NCBI GenBank assembly: GCA_963663275.1 | Contig: OY760183.1 | Location: forward strand, 800,001-864,000 | Direction: 5' to 3' | Length of the DNA stretch: 64,000 nt | DNA from: Chloroflexota bacterium | GTDB lineage: Bacteria; Chloroflexota; UBA11872; VXOZ01 | In this document: piece after piece, positions 13,944 through 23,944 of the stretch | Layout: each line of letters opens with the position of its first letter | How positions within the stretch are numbered: the first letter of the stretch is position 1 | Translations under genes and position numbers: made by a program | Notes under the pieces: generated by a model | Database searches by the model: none | Told to the model about the DNA's origin: nothing | The model's input: only the letters and a program-made list of their open reading frames with translations

Positions 13944-14354
13944 ATGCCAAGTTACTATGACGTGCTCGGCGTCGCGGAAGACGCCGACACGGAAGAGATA
14001 GCGGCGGCGTTTCGGCGCGCGCTGGCGGCCGCCCAGGCGGATGCGGCGCAATGCGAGACCGCGGATCTCGCCGCGGGGGTGCGGACGCTGGTGGAGGCCT
14101 ATGACGTGCTTTCCAATCCCGCCTACCGCGCCGCCTACGACGTGAAGCGGGCGGAGAAGAAGCCTCTGCCCGTGCCGGAGCCGGTTGCCGGGTCCAAGCT
14201 CTTTCGCGCGCTCAAAGCGGGCGGCTCCACCCTCGTCAAGGACGTAAAGGAGCAGTACGAGAACGACCCCACCATCAAGGAAGACCTCGACCGCTCCATC
14301 CAACTGGGACGCAAAGTGGCGCGGGCGGCGCGGTTTCTGCGCTTCTTGCGGTAG
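13944..14354 (+). CDS. DnaJ-like domain protein lacking the HPD motif
   Basis: SYYDVLGVAEDADTEEIAAAFRR...EAYDVLSNPAYRAAYD J-domain signature. Confidence 0.75.
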   Translation: MPSYYDVLGVAEDADTEEIAAAFRRALAAAQADAAQCETADLAAGVRTLVEAYDVLSNPAYRAAYDVKRAEKKPLPVPEPVAGSKLFRALKAGGSTLVKDVKEQYENDPTIKEDLDRSIQLGRKVARAARFLRFLR

Positions 14355-14375
14355 GCAGAGCGTGGGGACGCGGCA

Positions 14376-14655
14376 AGTGAAAGGGAATCCAGCCGGTGTC
14401 GGCGGGGGACAAGCCCCCGCGCTACAGTGCTGGCGTCCGCCGTCAGATGATGACGGACGAGTGCGCATTGGGGCTGGCGCCGCCGCCGTTCACCGTTCGA
14501 CACGCCGCAGGTGAAAGGGATTCCACCCGGTATCGAGCGGGGGACAAGCCCCCGCGCTACGATGCTAGTGTTCGCCGTAGTGTGATGATGGACGAGTGCG
14601 CGCGGGGGCTGGCGCCGCCGCCGTTCACCCTTCGACACGCTCAGGGCGAACGGCG
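14376..14655. repeat. Tandem duplication (~135-bp unit x2), each unit with REP family A plus family F (CCCTTCGACNNGCTCAGGGCGAAC)
   Basis: gcgggggacaagcccccgcgctac-like copies at ~14402 and ~14537; shared gatgacggacgagtgcgc...ccgccgccgttcacc segment. Confidence 0.8.
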
Positions 14656-14827
14656 TAGATGCGAAGTCCGTGCGAACGGGACAGGAACGAAACCTGTGCG
14701 AACGGCATAGGTACGAAACCTGTACAAACGTCGCTTGTACGATCGTTGCTTGTGCGGACAAGACGATCGTAAACAGGTACATAGCACGAACGGATGGTCG
14801 CGCTCATCCCTCTTGTGAACCGCCCGC

Positions 14828-15385
14828 TCAGTCTAAAGTGATCACGCCGCAGGCGATGCGGGCGCCGGCCGCGGGGTCCGCGCCGTAAGTATCGGGCTTC
14901 TCATGGATGATGATCGCGGAGCCGTCCTCGTCGAAGAGCGAGTGGGGCAGGTCCGCCGTCAGCGTCACGGCGCCGGTGAAGACGTCCGCGCGGGCCGTGC
15001 CGTCGGCCGCCGCGAAGATATTGGGCAGATCGCCGGCGTGGACGCCGCCTTCATGCTGATACCCGTGGCCGATTCCTCTGGGCGCGAAGTGCCCGCCGGC
15101 CGCCGTAAAGTCCGGCGCGCAACTGCCCGTCTCGTGAATGTGGAAGCCGTGGCCGCCCGGCGCCAGGCCGCTCACGTCCGCCGCGATGATGACCCCGTGC
15201 GGCGTTTGGGTCAGCGTGACCGTGCCCACGGCGGTACCGTCCGGTGCGGCCATCATAGCCGTGGCCGTCGCGCCTACGTCCAAAGGCGCGGCCGGCGCTT
15301 CCTGCACCTGTACCGAGCAACCGGCCAGGAGCAGCAGCGCCCCGGCGGCGAGTAGCGGAGGAATAACCCTTCTGAATAGACTCAC
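14828..15385 (-). CDS. sodC: Cu/Zn superoxide dismutase, lipoprotein
   Basis: Lipobox LLAGC; HGFHIH, GGHF, HAGDLPN, IIIHEKPD and RIACGVI motifs. Confidence 0.92.
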   Translation of the reverse strand: MSLFRRVIPPLLAAGALLLLAGCSVQVQEAPAAPLDVGATATAMMAAPDGTAVGTVTLTQTPHGVIIAADVSGLAPGGHGFHIHETGSCAPDFTAAGGHFAPRGIGHGYQHEGGVHAGDLPNIFAAADGTARADVFTGAVTLTADLPHSLFDEDGSAIIIHEKPDTYGADPAAGARIACGVITLD

Positions 15386-15569
15386 GTCGTTCTCCTTTCA
15401 CGCATTGCACATACCAGTACCCATGTTACAAGATAGAGTATAGCAACAACACTGCCAACGCCCTCCGGGAGAAGTGGAATCCGTCAACGGAATACGCAAC
15501 CCGCACAGGAATCACAGCTTGGCTCCTGAAAGATCATCACAACCTCGCAGCGAAGGGACGGCGCGCACC

Positions 15570-16901
15570 ATGACGCGGAGCAAAGTCCAGCGGTCGCTTG
15601 ACCTCTACCAAAAGGCCGACCGGCTCATTCCCGGCAGAACGCAACTCATCAGCCGCCGGGCGAGCGGTTTCGCCCATCCCGTCAGTCCCATCTACGCCGC
15701 CCACGCCAAGGGCTCGCGCTTTACGGACGTGGACGGCAACGAATACATCGATTGGGCGAACGCCGTAACGGCCATCATCCTGGGCCACGCCGACGACGTG
15801 GTGGATAGCGCCGTGAAAGCGCAGATCGACAAGGGCAGCCTCTACAGCCTGAACAGTCCGCTGGAGATCGAGCTTGCCGAACTGCTGGTGGACACCATCC
15901 CCAGCGCGGAGATGGTGCGCTACACCAAAGGCGGCGGCGAGGCGTGCGCCGTGGCCGTGCGCATCGCCCGGGGCACCACCGGCAAGGACACGATCCTCTT
16001 TTCCGGCTACCACGGCTGGCACGATTGGTACCAATCGGCCAACTACCTGGTGGATCCGGAGTCCGGGGAGTTTCCGTTCGCGGGTATCGAGCCGATCGGC
16101 GTGCCGAAGGCGCTGGCGGGCACGGCGCTGCCGTTCACCTACGGCGACCTGGACGGCCTGGAGCAACTGTTTGCGGCAAACGAGGGCGAGGTAGCGGCGG
16201 TGATGATGGAGCCGATGCGCTCCCAGCCGCCGGCGCCGGGCTACCTGGAGGCGGTGCAGGCGCTCTGCCGGGCCCATGACGCGCTCTTCATCCTGGACGA
16301 GGTCTCGTCCGGCTGGCGGCTGGCGCTGGGCAGCGCGCAGGAGTGGCTCGGCGTCACGCCCGACATGTCCACCTTCGCTAAGTCCATGTCAAACGGCTAC
16401 GCCATGGGCTGCGTAGTCGGTTCCCGCGCGGCCATGGAGCCGGCCGGGCGCATGTTCGTCTCGAGTTCGTACTGGAGCGAGGCCGTGGGCCTGGCGGCGT
16501 CGATCGCCACTATCACCGAACTGAAGCGGCGCGACGGGCCGGCGCGCTTCAAGGAGATTGGCGAAAAGGTGCGGAAGGCGCTGCAAGACGCCATCGAATC
16601 GGCTGGCGTCGCGGCCGCGGTCACCGGCGTCCACACCATGCCGACGCTGGTATTCGACCTGCCGGACCCGGCGTTGAAGAAGCCCATCGAGACGCTCTTC
16701 ATTCAAGAGATGATAAAGCGCGGCGTCTTCTGCCTGATGGCGTTCACGGCCACGTTGGCCCACACCGACGAGGACATCGCCATCACCGCCGCGGCCGCTG
16801 AAGAGTCGCTGTGCATTGTCAAACGCGCTCTGGCGGGAGAACTCGACGACCTGCTGGAAGCCGAGACCAAGCGCGAGCCGTTCCGGCGTCTGGTGCGGTA
16901 G
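15570..16901 (+). CDS. Class III PLP aminotransferase (glutamate-1-semialdehyde aminomutase-like)
   Basis: KGSRFTDVDGNEYID, SGYHGWHD, FILDEVSSGWR, PDMSTFAKSMSNG (PLP lysine). Confidence 0.85.
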   Translation: MTRSKVQRSLDLYQKADRLIPGRTQLISRRASGFAHPVSPIYAAHAKGSRFTDVDGNEYIDWANAVTAIILGHADDVVDSAVKAQIDKGSLYSLNSPLEIELAELLVDTIPSAEMVRYTKGGGEACAVAVRIARGTTGKDTILFSGYHGWHDWYQSANYLVDPESGEFPFAGIEPIGVPKALAGTALPFTYGDLDGLEQLFAANEGEVAAVMMEPMRSQPPAPGYLEAVQALCRAHDALFILDEVSSGWRLALGSAQEWLGVTPDMSTFAKSMSNGYAMGCVVGSRAAMEPAGRMFVSSSYWSEAVGLAASIATITELKRRDGPARFKEIGEKVRKALQDAIESAGVAAAVTGVHTMPTLVFDLPDPALKKPIETLFIQEMIKRGVFCLMAFTATLAHTDEDIAITAAAAEESLCIVKRALAGELDDLLEAETKREPFRRLVR

Positions 16902-16913
16902 GGCGCTGCCGGC

Positions 16914-17558
16914 ATGAACGGCGCAAACCGGAGAGCGCCCGGCGGGCTACTGGAAACAGCGGAGATGACCGCCTCGGCCGCAACGCGTGCGCAACGCCTG
17001 AAGCGCCGGCTCGGGCCGGCCCTGCCGCGCGCCGCCGCGTTCCTGCCGCTCATCGCGCTTACCGTTGCTTTCATCGTCTACCGGGACCGGCTGGAAGCGT
17101 TGCCGGCGGCCGGGTACGTGGGCATATTCGTCTTGAACATGATCGGCAGCGGCACGTACGTGCTGCCGGTGCCGGGCATGGCGGCGGTGATTGCGGGCGC
17201 GGCGGTCTGGAACCCGCTGCCGGTAGCCATGGCGGCCGCCGCCGGCTCTACCGTCGGTGAGGTGGCGGGCTACCTGGCCGGCGTGGGTTCCCACACCGTC
17301 GTCGAGCGGTTTATCGGCGGCAGCGCGTGGTATGATCGAGTCAAGCGGTGGATGCGCAAGCGCGGCGGCCTTACGCTCTTCGTCTTCGCGGCCATTCCCA
17401 ACCCATTCTTCGACGTGGCCGGGTTTGCCGCCGGTTCCATGCAGTACCCGGTCAGCCGCTTCTTCATGGCGTGCTTGCTTGGCAATATGGTCAAGTTTGT
17501 CACCGTGGCGCACGCGGCGGCCTGGGGCGCGGACGTGTTCCGGGGATGGTTTGGCTGA
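16914..17558 (+). CDS. VTT/SNARE-associated (DedA-like) membrane protein
   Basis: GSTVGEVAGYLAG and FAAIPNPFFDVAGFAAG motifs. Confidence 0.8.
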   Translation: MNGANRRAPGGLLETAEMTASAATRAQRLKRRLGPALPRAAAFLPLIALTVAFIVYRDRLEALPAAGYVGIFVLNMIGSGTYVLPVPGMAAVIAGAAVWNPLPVAMAAAAGSTVGEVAGYLAGVGSHTVVERFIGGSAWYDRVKRWMRKRGGLTLFVFAAIPNPFFDVAGFAAGSMQYPVSRFFMACLLGNMVKFVTVAHAAAWGADVFRGWFG

Positions 17559-17933
17559 AATTACAGCGGGAACGCTCTCTGAGTAAGGAAATCGTCCTGT
17601 GACGGCCTTGCAGGCCGCTCCCGCCAGCCGGTTGCGCGGGGCAACCCGGTTGCGCATGTCCGCCGCAGGCCGTTTTCACGCAGCATTGCCATGGCCCTAT
17701 TGCCATGAGAGTGGCCGTTTCGTACCGTGAAATCAGGCAAGCAAACCGTTCGCCCTGAGCATCGTCGAAGGGTGAACGGTGCGGTGGCAAATGGGAAACG
17801 GTTTTCACCGCACACTTTGCCGTTCATGCTTCGACGCGGCTCAGCACGAACGGCAAGGTGTGTTTGGGTTAGGCAGGCACCGAGCACAAACGAAGAGTGA
17901 ACGGTGCGAAGGGAGAATGGTGTGGAGGGAGAC

Positions 17934-18893
17934 ATGGACGTGGACGCGGCACGGCCTACCGTCTCGGTAATCATCGTCTCGTACAACACGCGCGCACTGC
18001 TGGCGCGCTGTTTGGCGTCCATCGCGGCGGAGCCGCGCCCCCCGGACGAGATAATCGTGGTAGACAATGCCTCCGCCGACGACAGCGCGGCAATGGCGCG
18101 GGAGCGGTTTCCCCAGGCGCGGTTGATCGCCAATAGCGAGAACCGCGGCTTTGCCGCCGCCGCCAACCAGGGATTGCGCGCCGCCACCGGCGACTTCCTC
18201 TGCCTGCTCAACCCGGATACCTGGCTCTTCCCCGGCGCGCTGGCGGCGCTGGCGGCCTTCCTGGAAGCGCAGCCGGCGGTCGGTCTGATCGGGCCGACGC
18301 TCCTGCACAGCGACGGCGCGTACCAACACGCGGCCTTCCGCTTTCCCACGCTGGCCATGGCTTTCTTCGACTTCTTCCCGCTCCATCACCGTCTGTTCAA
18401 CTCGCGTTTGAACGGGCGCTATTCGTTCGGCCTTTACGAGCGCCCGTTCGCCATGGATCACCCGCTGGGCGCCTGCATGATGGCGCGGCGGGAGGTGTGC
18501 GCGGACGTTGGGTTGTTGGACGAGAGGTTCTTCATGTACTGCGAGGAGATCGACTGGTGCCGCCGCATCAAGCAGGCGGGCTGGGAGATCATGCACGTGC
18601 CCGGCGCGCGGGTGGTGCATCACGGCGGCCGCAGCACGCGGCAGCAGGCCGGACGCATGTTCGTGGAACTGCACCGCAGCCGCTTCCGCCTCTTTGCCAA
18701 GCACCACGGCCGGCGCTACCAATGGGCCGCCCGCGGCATCGTGGCGGCGGGCACCCTGCGGCAACTGCTCGCGCTGCTCCCCCAACGGCTGCGCCGCGCG
18801 GACAGCCAGGAGCGCCAAGAACGCTGGCAGAGTCGTATCCGTGTGCTAGCATTGGCACTCAGGGGCGAACACGAGGCGCCTGGCCTCGGCTGA
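17934..18893 (+). CDS. GT2 glycosyltransferase (WbbL/RfbF-like)
   Basis: VSVIIVSYN, VVDNASAD, NRGFAAAANQG, LLNPD and DERFFMYCEEIDWC motifs. Confidence 0.9.
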   Translation: MDVDAARPTVSVIIVSYNTRALLARCLASIAAEPRPPDEIIVVDNASADDSAAMARERFPQARLIANSENRGFAAAANQGLRAATGDFLCLLNPDTWLFPGALAALAAFLEAQPAVGLIGPTLLHSDGAYQHAAFRFPTLAMAFFDFFPLHHRLFNSRLNGRYSFGLYERPFAMDHPLGACMMARREVCADVGLLDERFFMYCEEIDWCRRIKQAGWEIMHVPGARVVHHGGRSTRQQAGRMFVELHRSRFRLFAKHHGRRYQWAARGIVAAGTLRQLLALLPQRLRRADSQERQERWQSRIRVLALALRGEHEAPGLG

Positions 18894-18946
18894 TGCGCTC
18901 TTGCCAGTGCGCGCGCGCTCTATCGATCGCGTTTCATCAACAAGCC

Positions 18947-19300
18947 GTAGCGCGGGGGCTTGTCCCCCGCCTCTGCGCGTCGGGGCACGGGGCATGCTTT
19001 GCGTAGCCTGGCCAAGCAAGCGGGAGCGGGCGGAAACGACCCGGATTCACCCTCACCCCGGCCCTCTCCCTGAGGGAGAGGGAGACTTATACGCGCGGCC
19101 CTCTCCCTGGGGAGACCCTTGCGTAACCGGAAAGGGAACAGGCTGAGCCCAGCACGTGCGTCTTATCCCCTCTCCAGTGGGAGAGGGTTAGGGTGAGGGG
19201 AAATTATGCGGCGACTCATACCCAAGTCTTGCGAAATGGGGCGGAAACGACCCGGATTCACCCTCACCCCGGCCCTCTCCCTCAGGGAGAGGGAGACTTC
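18947..19300. repeat. REP cluster: family A plus family D (CCCTCACCCCGGCCCTCTCCC-N3-GGGAGAGG) copies
   Basis: A at 18947-18970; D at ~19050-19082, ~19167-19200 (inverted) and ~19261-19293. Confidence 0.85.
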
Positions 19301-21101
19301 TCGCCTGCCAGGTCTCGTTCTGCAAGGGTCTCTACAGGGAGAGGGGGTTCCAAGTTCGCCGGCTTCCCCCACCGGCATCACCGCCGCCGTGCTCACGCGC
19401 AACGTGGAGAGCGAGATAGAGGCGTGCCTCACCGCCCTTGCCTGGACCGACGGCATCGTGGTGGTGGATGACTTCAGCACGGACGACACCCGCGCGATCT
19501 GCCAGCGCTACGGCGCGCGCGTCTGGCAGCGCCGGCTGGAGAGTTTCGCCGCGCAGCGCAATTTCGCCTTGACGCGCGTGCGGACGCCGTGGGCGCTCTT
19601 CATCGACGCCGATGAGCGTGTGACTGCGGCCCTGGCAGACGAAATCCGCGCGGCGGTGAACGACGAGACGATTGCCGGATATTGGATTCCGCGCAAGAAC
19701 CTCTTCAAAGGACGCTGGGTGAAGCACGCCGGCTGGAGTCCCGATTACCAACTCCGGCTGTTTCAGGTGGCGAAAGGCCGCTACGACCCGTCCCGCTTCG
19801 CCCACGAAACCGTGCTGCTGGACGGCCCCGACGCCCATCTGACCGAACTGCTTACCCATTACAACTACGCCTCGGCGCGGCAGTTTCTGAGCAAGCAGCG
19901 GCGCTACGCCCAACTGGAAGCGCGCCGCCTGTGGCTGGACGGGCAGCGGGCGCGCTGGCGCAACCAGATTCTGCAACCGCTGCGGGCCTTCCACCGCCGT
20001 TTCTTTACCTGGCGGGGCTACGCCGAGGGCTGGCTGGGTTTGGCGCTGAGCGCGGCCATGGCCTATTTCGAATGGCGCGCCTACCGGCATCTCGCCGCTT
20101 TGGAGAGAGACCCCACCACGCACGTTTGGCGGCAGTTTCGGGAACTGCCCGCGGCAACCTGTGACGTCTCGGTCGTGATTGTCTCGTACAACGTGGCCGC
20201 GTTGCTCGCGACCGCTATCGATTCGGTGTTGGCCGACCTGGAGCGCGCCGGTGTACGTGGTGAAGTAGTCGTGGTGGATAACGCCTCGGCGGACGGCAGC
20301 GCGGCAACGGTGCGTGCGCGCTTTCCCGACGCGCGCCTGATTGCGAATATGACGAACGAGGGCTTTGGCCGGGCGGCGAACCAAGGCATGATGGCGGCCG
20401 CGGGCGAAACGGTGGTCGTCTTGAATCCCGACGCCAGCGTGGAACCCGGCTTCTTCAAGGCTGTGCGCGAGTATCTGGACCGGCAGCCGCGCGTAGGGCT
20501 GCTCGGGCCGCACGTCGTCCAAGCGGACGGCACTACCCAGCCGTCATGCCGCCGGTCGTATACACTGGTCACGGCGTTTCTGGAGAGCACACCGCTCCAG
20601 TGGTGGTTTGGCGAAACTCCCGCTTTGCGGCGCTTCTACTGCCGCGACCTGGACGAGACACAGGCGGCGCGGGTTGACTGGGTGGAAGGCGCGTGCTTGG
20701 TCGCCCGGCGGGCGGCGCTGCGGGCCGTGGGCGGTTTCGACCCCCGCTTCTTCATGTACTTCGAGGAGACCGATTGGTGCCGGCGCATCCGGGAGGCGGG
20801 TTGGGATGTCGCTTACTTCCCCGGCGCGCGCGTGGTGCACCACCGCAGCCAAAGCGCCGACCAAGACCTCAGCGCCCGCGCCCTGAACTTCCACCGCAGC
20901 CGCCACACGTTCATGGTTAAGGAACGTGGACGTGTGGCCGCTTGGCTCATTCGGATCGTCGTCGGTCTCCTGTTTGCCGTTTACACCGCGCAGCAGGCGG
21001 TGAAAGCCCTGGTGAAGCGACGCAACCGCGATTTGCGGCAGAACGTGAACGTGCTGGCGCGCGTGACAGCGTGGTACCTTACCGGCTCTTCCGGCCGGTG
21101 A
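19206..21101 (+). CDS. Tandem GT2-GT2 glycosyltransferase (KdtX/WaaE-like + WbbL-like); start uncertain
   Basis: Domain 1 VVVDDFSTDDT...FAAQRNFAL...FIDADE...PDYQLRLF; domain 2 VSVVIVSYN...VLNPD...FDPRFFMYFEETDWC. Confidence 0.88.
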   Translation: MRRLIPKSCEMGRKRPGFTLTPALSLRERETSRLPGLVLQGSLQGEGVPSSPASPTGITAAVLTRNVESEIEACLTALAWTDGIVVVDDFSTDDTRAICQRYGARVWQRRLESFAAQRNFALTRVRTPWALFIDADERVTAALADEIRAAVNDETIAGYWIPRKNLFKGRWVKHAGWSPDYQLRLFQVAKGRYDPSRFAHETVLLDGPDAHLTELLTHYNYASARQFLSKQRRYAQLEARRLWLDGQRARWRNQILQPLRAFHRRFFTWRGYAEGWLGLALSAAMAYFEWRAYRHLAALERDPTTHVWRQFRELPAATCDVSVVIVSYNVAALLATAIDSVLADLERAGVRGEVVVVDNASADGSAATVRARFPDARLIANMTNEGFGRAANQGMMAAAGETVVVLNPDASVEPGFFKAVREYLDRQPRVGLLGPHVVQADGTTQPSCRRSYTLVTAFLESTPLQWWFGETPALRRFYCRDLDETQAARVDWVEGACLVARRAALRAVGGFDPRFFMYFEETDWCRRIREAGWDVAYFPGARVVHHRSQSADQDLSARALNFHRSRHTFMVKERGRVAAWLIRIVVGLLFAVYTAQQAVKALVKRRNRDLRQNVNVLARVTAWYLTGSSGR

Positions 21102-21127
21102 CGGCGTCCCACATAAGGTAAAGTCGC

Positions 21128-21530
21128 TACCATGGGAATACAGAATACCATGGGAATACAGAATACCGTGGGATTACAGAATACCGTAGCGCGGGGGCTT
21201 GTCCCCCGCCGGAGTACGCGGCGCGGCAGGCGGTATCCGGCAACGTCGCAAGAGGAGCCTACGCTCACATCCTGACCCTACGTTGGCGCAGGTTACAAAC
21301 CTACGCTACCGGGGGTGTGAGGCGCAGGTTACAAACCTACGCTACCGGGCGGGGATGTGAGGCGGAGGTTGCAGGACCAGGGAATAGAGAACACCGTAGC
21401 GCGGGGGCTTGTCCCCCGCCGGAGTACGCGGCGCCGCAGGCGGTATCCGGCAACATTGCAAGAGGAGACGACGCTCACACCCTGACCCTACGTTGGCGCA
21501 GGTTACAAACCTACGCTACTGGACGGGGAT
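21128..21530. repeat. 3 x 18-bp tandem repeat followed by a duplicated ~130-bp REP A+B composite
   Basis: taccatgggaatacagaa-like units at 21128, 21146 and 21164; composite at ~21183-21310 and ~21393-21520. Confidence 0.85.
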
Positions 21531-21587
21531 GTGAGGCGGGGTGTTCTTTTTCATCCGGCGGGCAGCGGTCGCAAGCGACAGGAGAAT

Positions 21588-22784
21588 ATGCGCGTTCTCT
21601 TCATCACAGGCGAGTATCCGCCGCTGCAAGGCGGCATTGCCGACTACACGGCGGCATTGCGGGCGGAACTGCGCGCCTTGGACGTCACCAGCGAGGTGCT
21701 GACCGGCGCCGCGTGCGCCAGCACGGAGCGCAGCGTGCATCCCGTGGTGGGCACGTGGGGCTTTCCCTTCTGGGGCGTGGCGCGGCAGATCATCGAGGAG
21801 CGGCGGATTGACGTGGTGCACGTCCAGTACCAGACCGCCGCGTTCGACCTGAAACCGGCCGTCAACCTGCTGCCCTGGTATCTCCGCCGCCGCGCGCCGC
21901 GCCCGGCCGTGGTCACCACGTTTCACGACCTGCGCGAGCCGTACCTCTTTCCCAAAGCGGGCCCGCTGCGCCGTTGGGTGACGCACGTGCTGGGCCGCCA
22001 CAGCGACGCGCTCATCTTTACCACGGCTGAAGACCGGGAGCGGTGGGAGGCCGCGGTCGCGGCGCGGCTGCCCGCCGCGGCGCGTCCGCCGGCGCATCAC
22101 GTCGGCGTGGGCCCCGCCGTCCCCATTGCGCCGATCACCGCCGACCGGCGGCAGGCGCTCCGCGCGGACTGCGGCGTAGCGCCGGACGCATTTCTGGTTG
22201 GGTTCTTCGGCTTCGTCAATCTCACCAAAGGGTTGGATACGCTCTTCCAGGCGGTGCGCCTGCTGCGCGACCAGGGAATCCCCGCCCAGGCGCTCATCAT
22301 TGGCGGCAGCCTCGGCGAGAGCGATCCCTACAACGCGGTCTACAAGGAGCACCTGGAGCGCCTCATCCGCCGGCTGGACCTGGACATGGGGGATATCCTG
22401 CTCAGCACGGGCTACCTGGAAGCGGCGGACGCTTCCCGCGCCTTGGCCACCTGCGACGCGCTGGCACTGCCTTTCACGGACGGGGCGTCGCTGCGCCGCA
22501 CCAGCCTGCTCACGGCGCTGGCCCACGGCCTGCCGGTGGTGACGACCTATCCCAAGCGGCCCACGCCGGAGATTCAGGAGAGCGACGCCCTGCTGCTCGT
22601 GCCCCCGGACGACCCAGCGGCGCTGAGCGGCGCGCTGCGCGGCCTCTATGAAGACCGCGCGCTGGCGCAGACCCTCAGCGGCGCGGCCCGGCAATTCGCC
22701 CATCGCTTCTCCTGGCCGCGCATCGCGGAACACACCCTGGCGGTGTATGTGGAAGCCTGCCGCCGGCGCGAGCAGTCCGCGTAG
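21588..22784 (+). CDS. GT4 glycosyltransferase
   Basis: MRVLFITGEYPPLQGGIADY, TTFHD, FGFVNLTKG, ALAHGLPVVTT and FSWPRIA motifs. Confidence 0.9.
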   Translation: MRVLFITGEYPPLQGGIADYTAALRAELRALDVTSEVLTGAACASTERSVHPVVGTWGFPFWGVARQIIEERRIDVVHVQYQTAAFDLKPAVNLLPWYLRRRAPRPAVVTTFHDLREPYLFPKAGPLRRWVTHVLGRHSDALIFTTAEDRERWEAAVAARLPAAARPPAHHVGVGPAVPIAPITADRRQALRADCGVAPDAFLVGFFGFVNLTKGLDTLFQAVRLLRDQGIPAQALIIGGSLGESDPYNAVYKEHLERLIRRLDLDMGDILLSTGYLEAADASRALATCDALALPFTDGASLRRTSLLTALAHGLPVVTTYPKRPTPEIQESDALLLVPPDDPAALSGALRGLYEDRALAQTLSGAARQFAHRFSWPRIAEHTLAVYVEACRRREQSA

Positions 22785-22794
22785 CCGCGTTATT

Positions 22795-23712
22795 TCAGGC
22801 GATGGCCGTAATGCGGCGCAGGGCTTCCTGGTATTTCGCGCTGGTCTTTTGGATGATGTCGTCCGGCAGCGGGGGCGCGGGCGGTTCCATGTTCCAGCCG
22901 CTTTCGCGCAGCCACGCGCGCACGAACTCTTTGTCATAACTGGGCTGCGGGCGGCCCGGCGCGTAGACGTCGATGTCCCAGTAGCGGGACGAGTCCGGCG
23001 TAAACGCCTCGTCGATCAGCATCAGTTCGCCCTCGTAGAGGCCGAACTCGAATTTCGTATCCGCCACGATGAGGCCGGCCTTTTGGGCCTCGGCGCGCCC
23101 GAAGTTGTAGATGGCGATAGACACCGCTTCCAGCTTTGCCGCCAGGTCCGCGCCGATTTGCGCCGCCAGTTCTTCGCGCGAGATGTTCACGTCGTGGCCG
23201 GTCTCGGCCTTGGTGGCGGGCGTGAAGAGCGGCTCCGGCAACTCCTGGCTTTCCACCAGGCCCGGCGGCAGTCTGTGGCCGCAGACCTCGCCCGTGGCCG
23301 CGTAATCGCGCCAGCCGGAACCGGCCAGATAGCCGCGCACGACGCACTCGGCGTCGATGCGCTCCGCCTTATGTACCACCATGCTGCGCCCGGCCAGCAT
23401 CTCGCGGTCGTTCTGCAATGCGGCGGGGTACTCAGAGACGTCGGCGCTGATCAGGTGGTTTGGGACGAGGCGCCCCATGCGCCGGAACCAGAACGCCGAG
23501 AGTTGATTGAGCACCCGGCCCTTGGCGGGAATCCCCATGGGCAGCACCACGTCGAAGGCCGAGATGCGGTCGGTGGTGACGATGAGCAACCGGTCGCCCA
23601 GGTCGTACATGTCGCGCACCTTGCCGCGCGCGTAGCGGGGCGCGGGCAGCGCCGTTTCCAGGATTACGTCGTCCGTGTTGGCGGCGTGCTTGCGATGGTT
23701 TGTGCCTTGCAT
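22795..23712 (-). CDS. purC: SAICAR synthase
   Basis: GKVRDMY, DRISAFD, ECVVRGYLAGS, ADTKFEFG, TPDSSR and DKEFVR motifs. Confidence 0.96.
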   Translation of the reverse strand: MQGTNHRKHAANTDDVILETALPAPRYARGKVRDMYDLGDRLLIVTTDRISAFDVVLPMGIPAKGRVLNQLSAFWFRRMGRLVPNHLISADVSEYPAALQNDREMLAGRSMVVHKAERIDAECVVRGYLAGSGWRDYAATGEVCGHRLPPGLVESQELPEPLFTPATKAETGHDVNISREELAAQIGADLAAKLEAVSIAIYNFGRAEAQKAGLIVADTKFEFGLYEGELMLIDEAFTPDSSRYWDIDVYAPGRPQPSYDKEFVRAWLRESGWNMEPPAPPLPDDIIQKTSAKYQEALRRITAIA

Positions 23713-23778
23713 GATTGCTCCTGCCCCGTGCCAATATCGAGGATGGCGGGGATTACCCACCTGGGCTACGCCCCACCG

Positions 23779-23806
23779 GTAGGGGCACGACATGTCGTGC
23801 CCCTAC
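23779..23806. repeat. Perfect GTAG-type palindrome GTAGGGGCACGACATGTCGTGCCCCTAC (REP family C variant)
   Basis: Self-complementary 28-mer. Confidence 0.85.
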
Positions 23807-23944
23807 CGGTGGGAGGCCGCGCGTGGAGACGCGGCCTTTGTCCCGTTCCCGTTTCGTTGCCTGTTTTCGCGTTCTCCCTCTACTATATACTGTGTGAGTT
23901 CTTTAAGCGTTCGTGATGATACGCGCAGCCAAATAGAGGTGACA

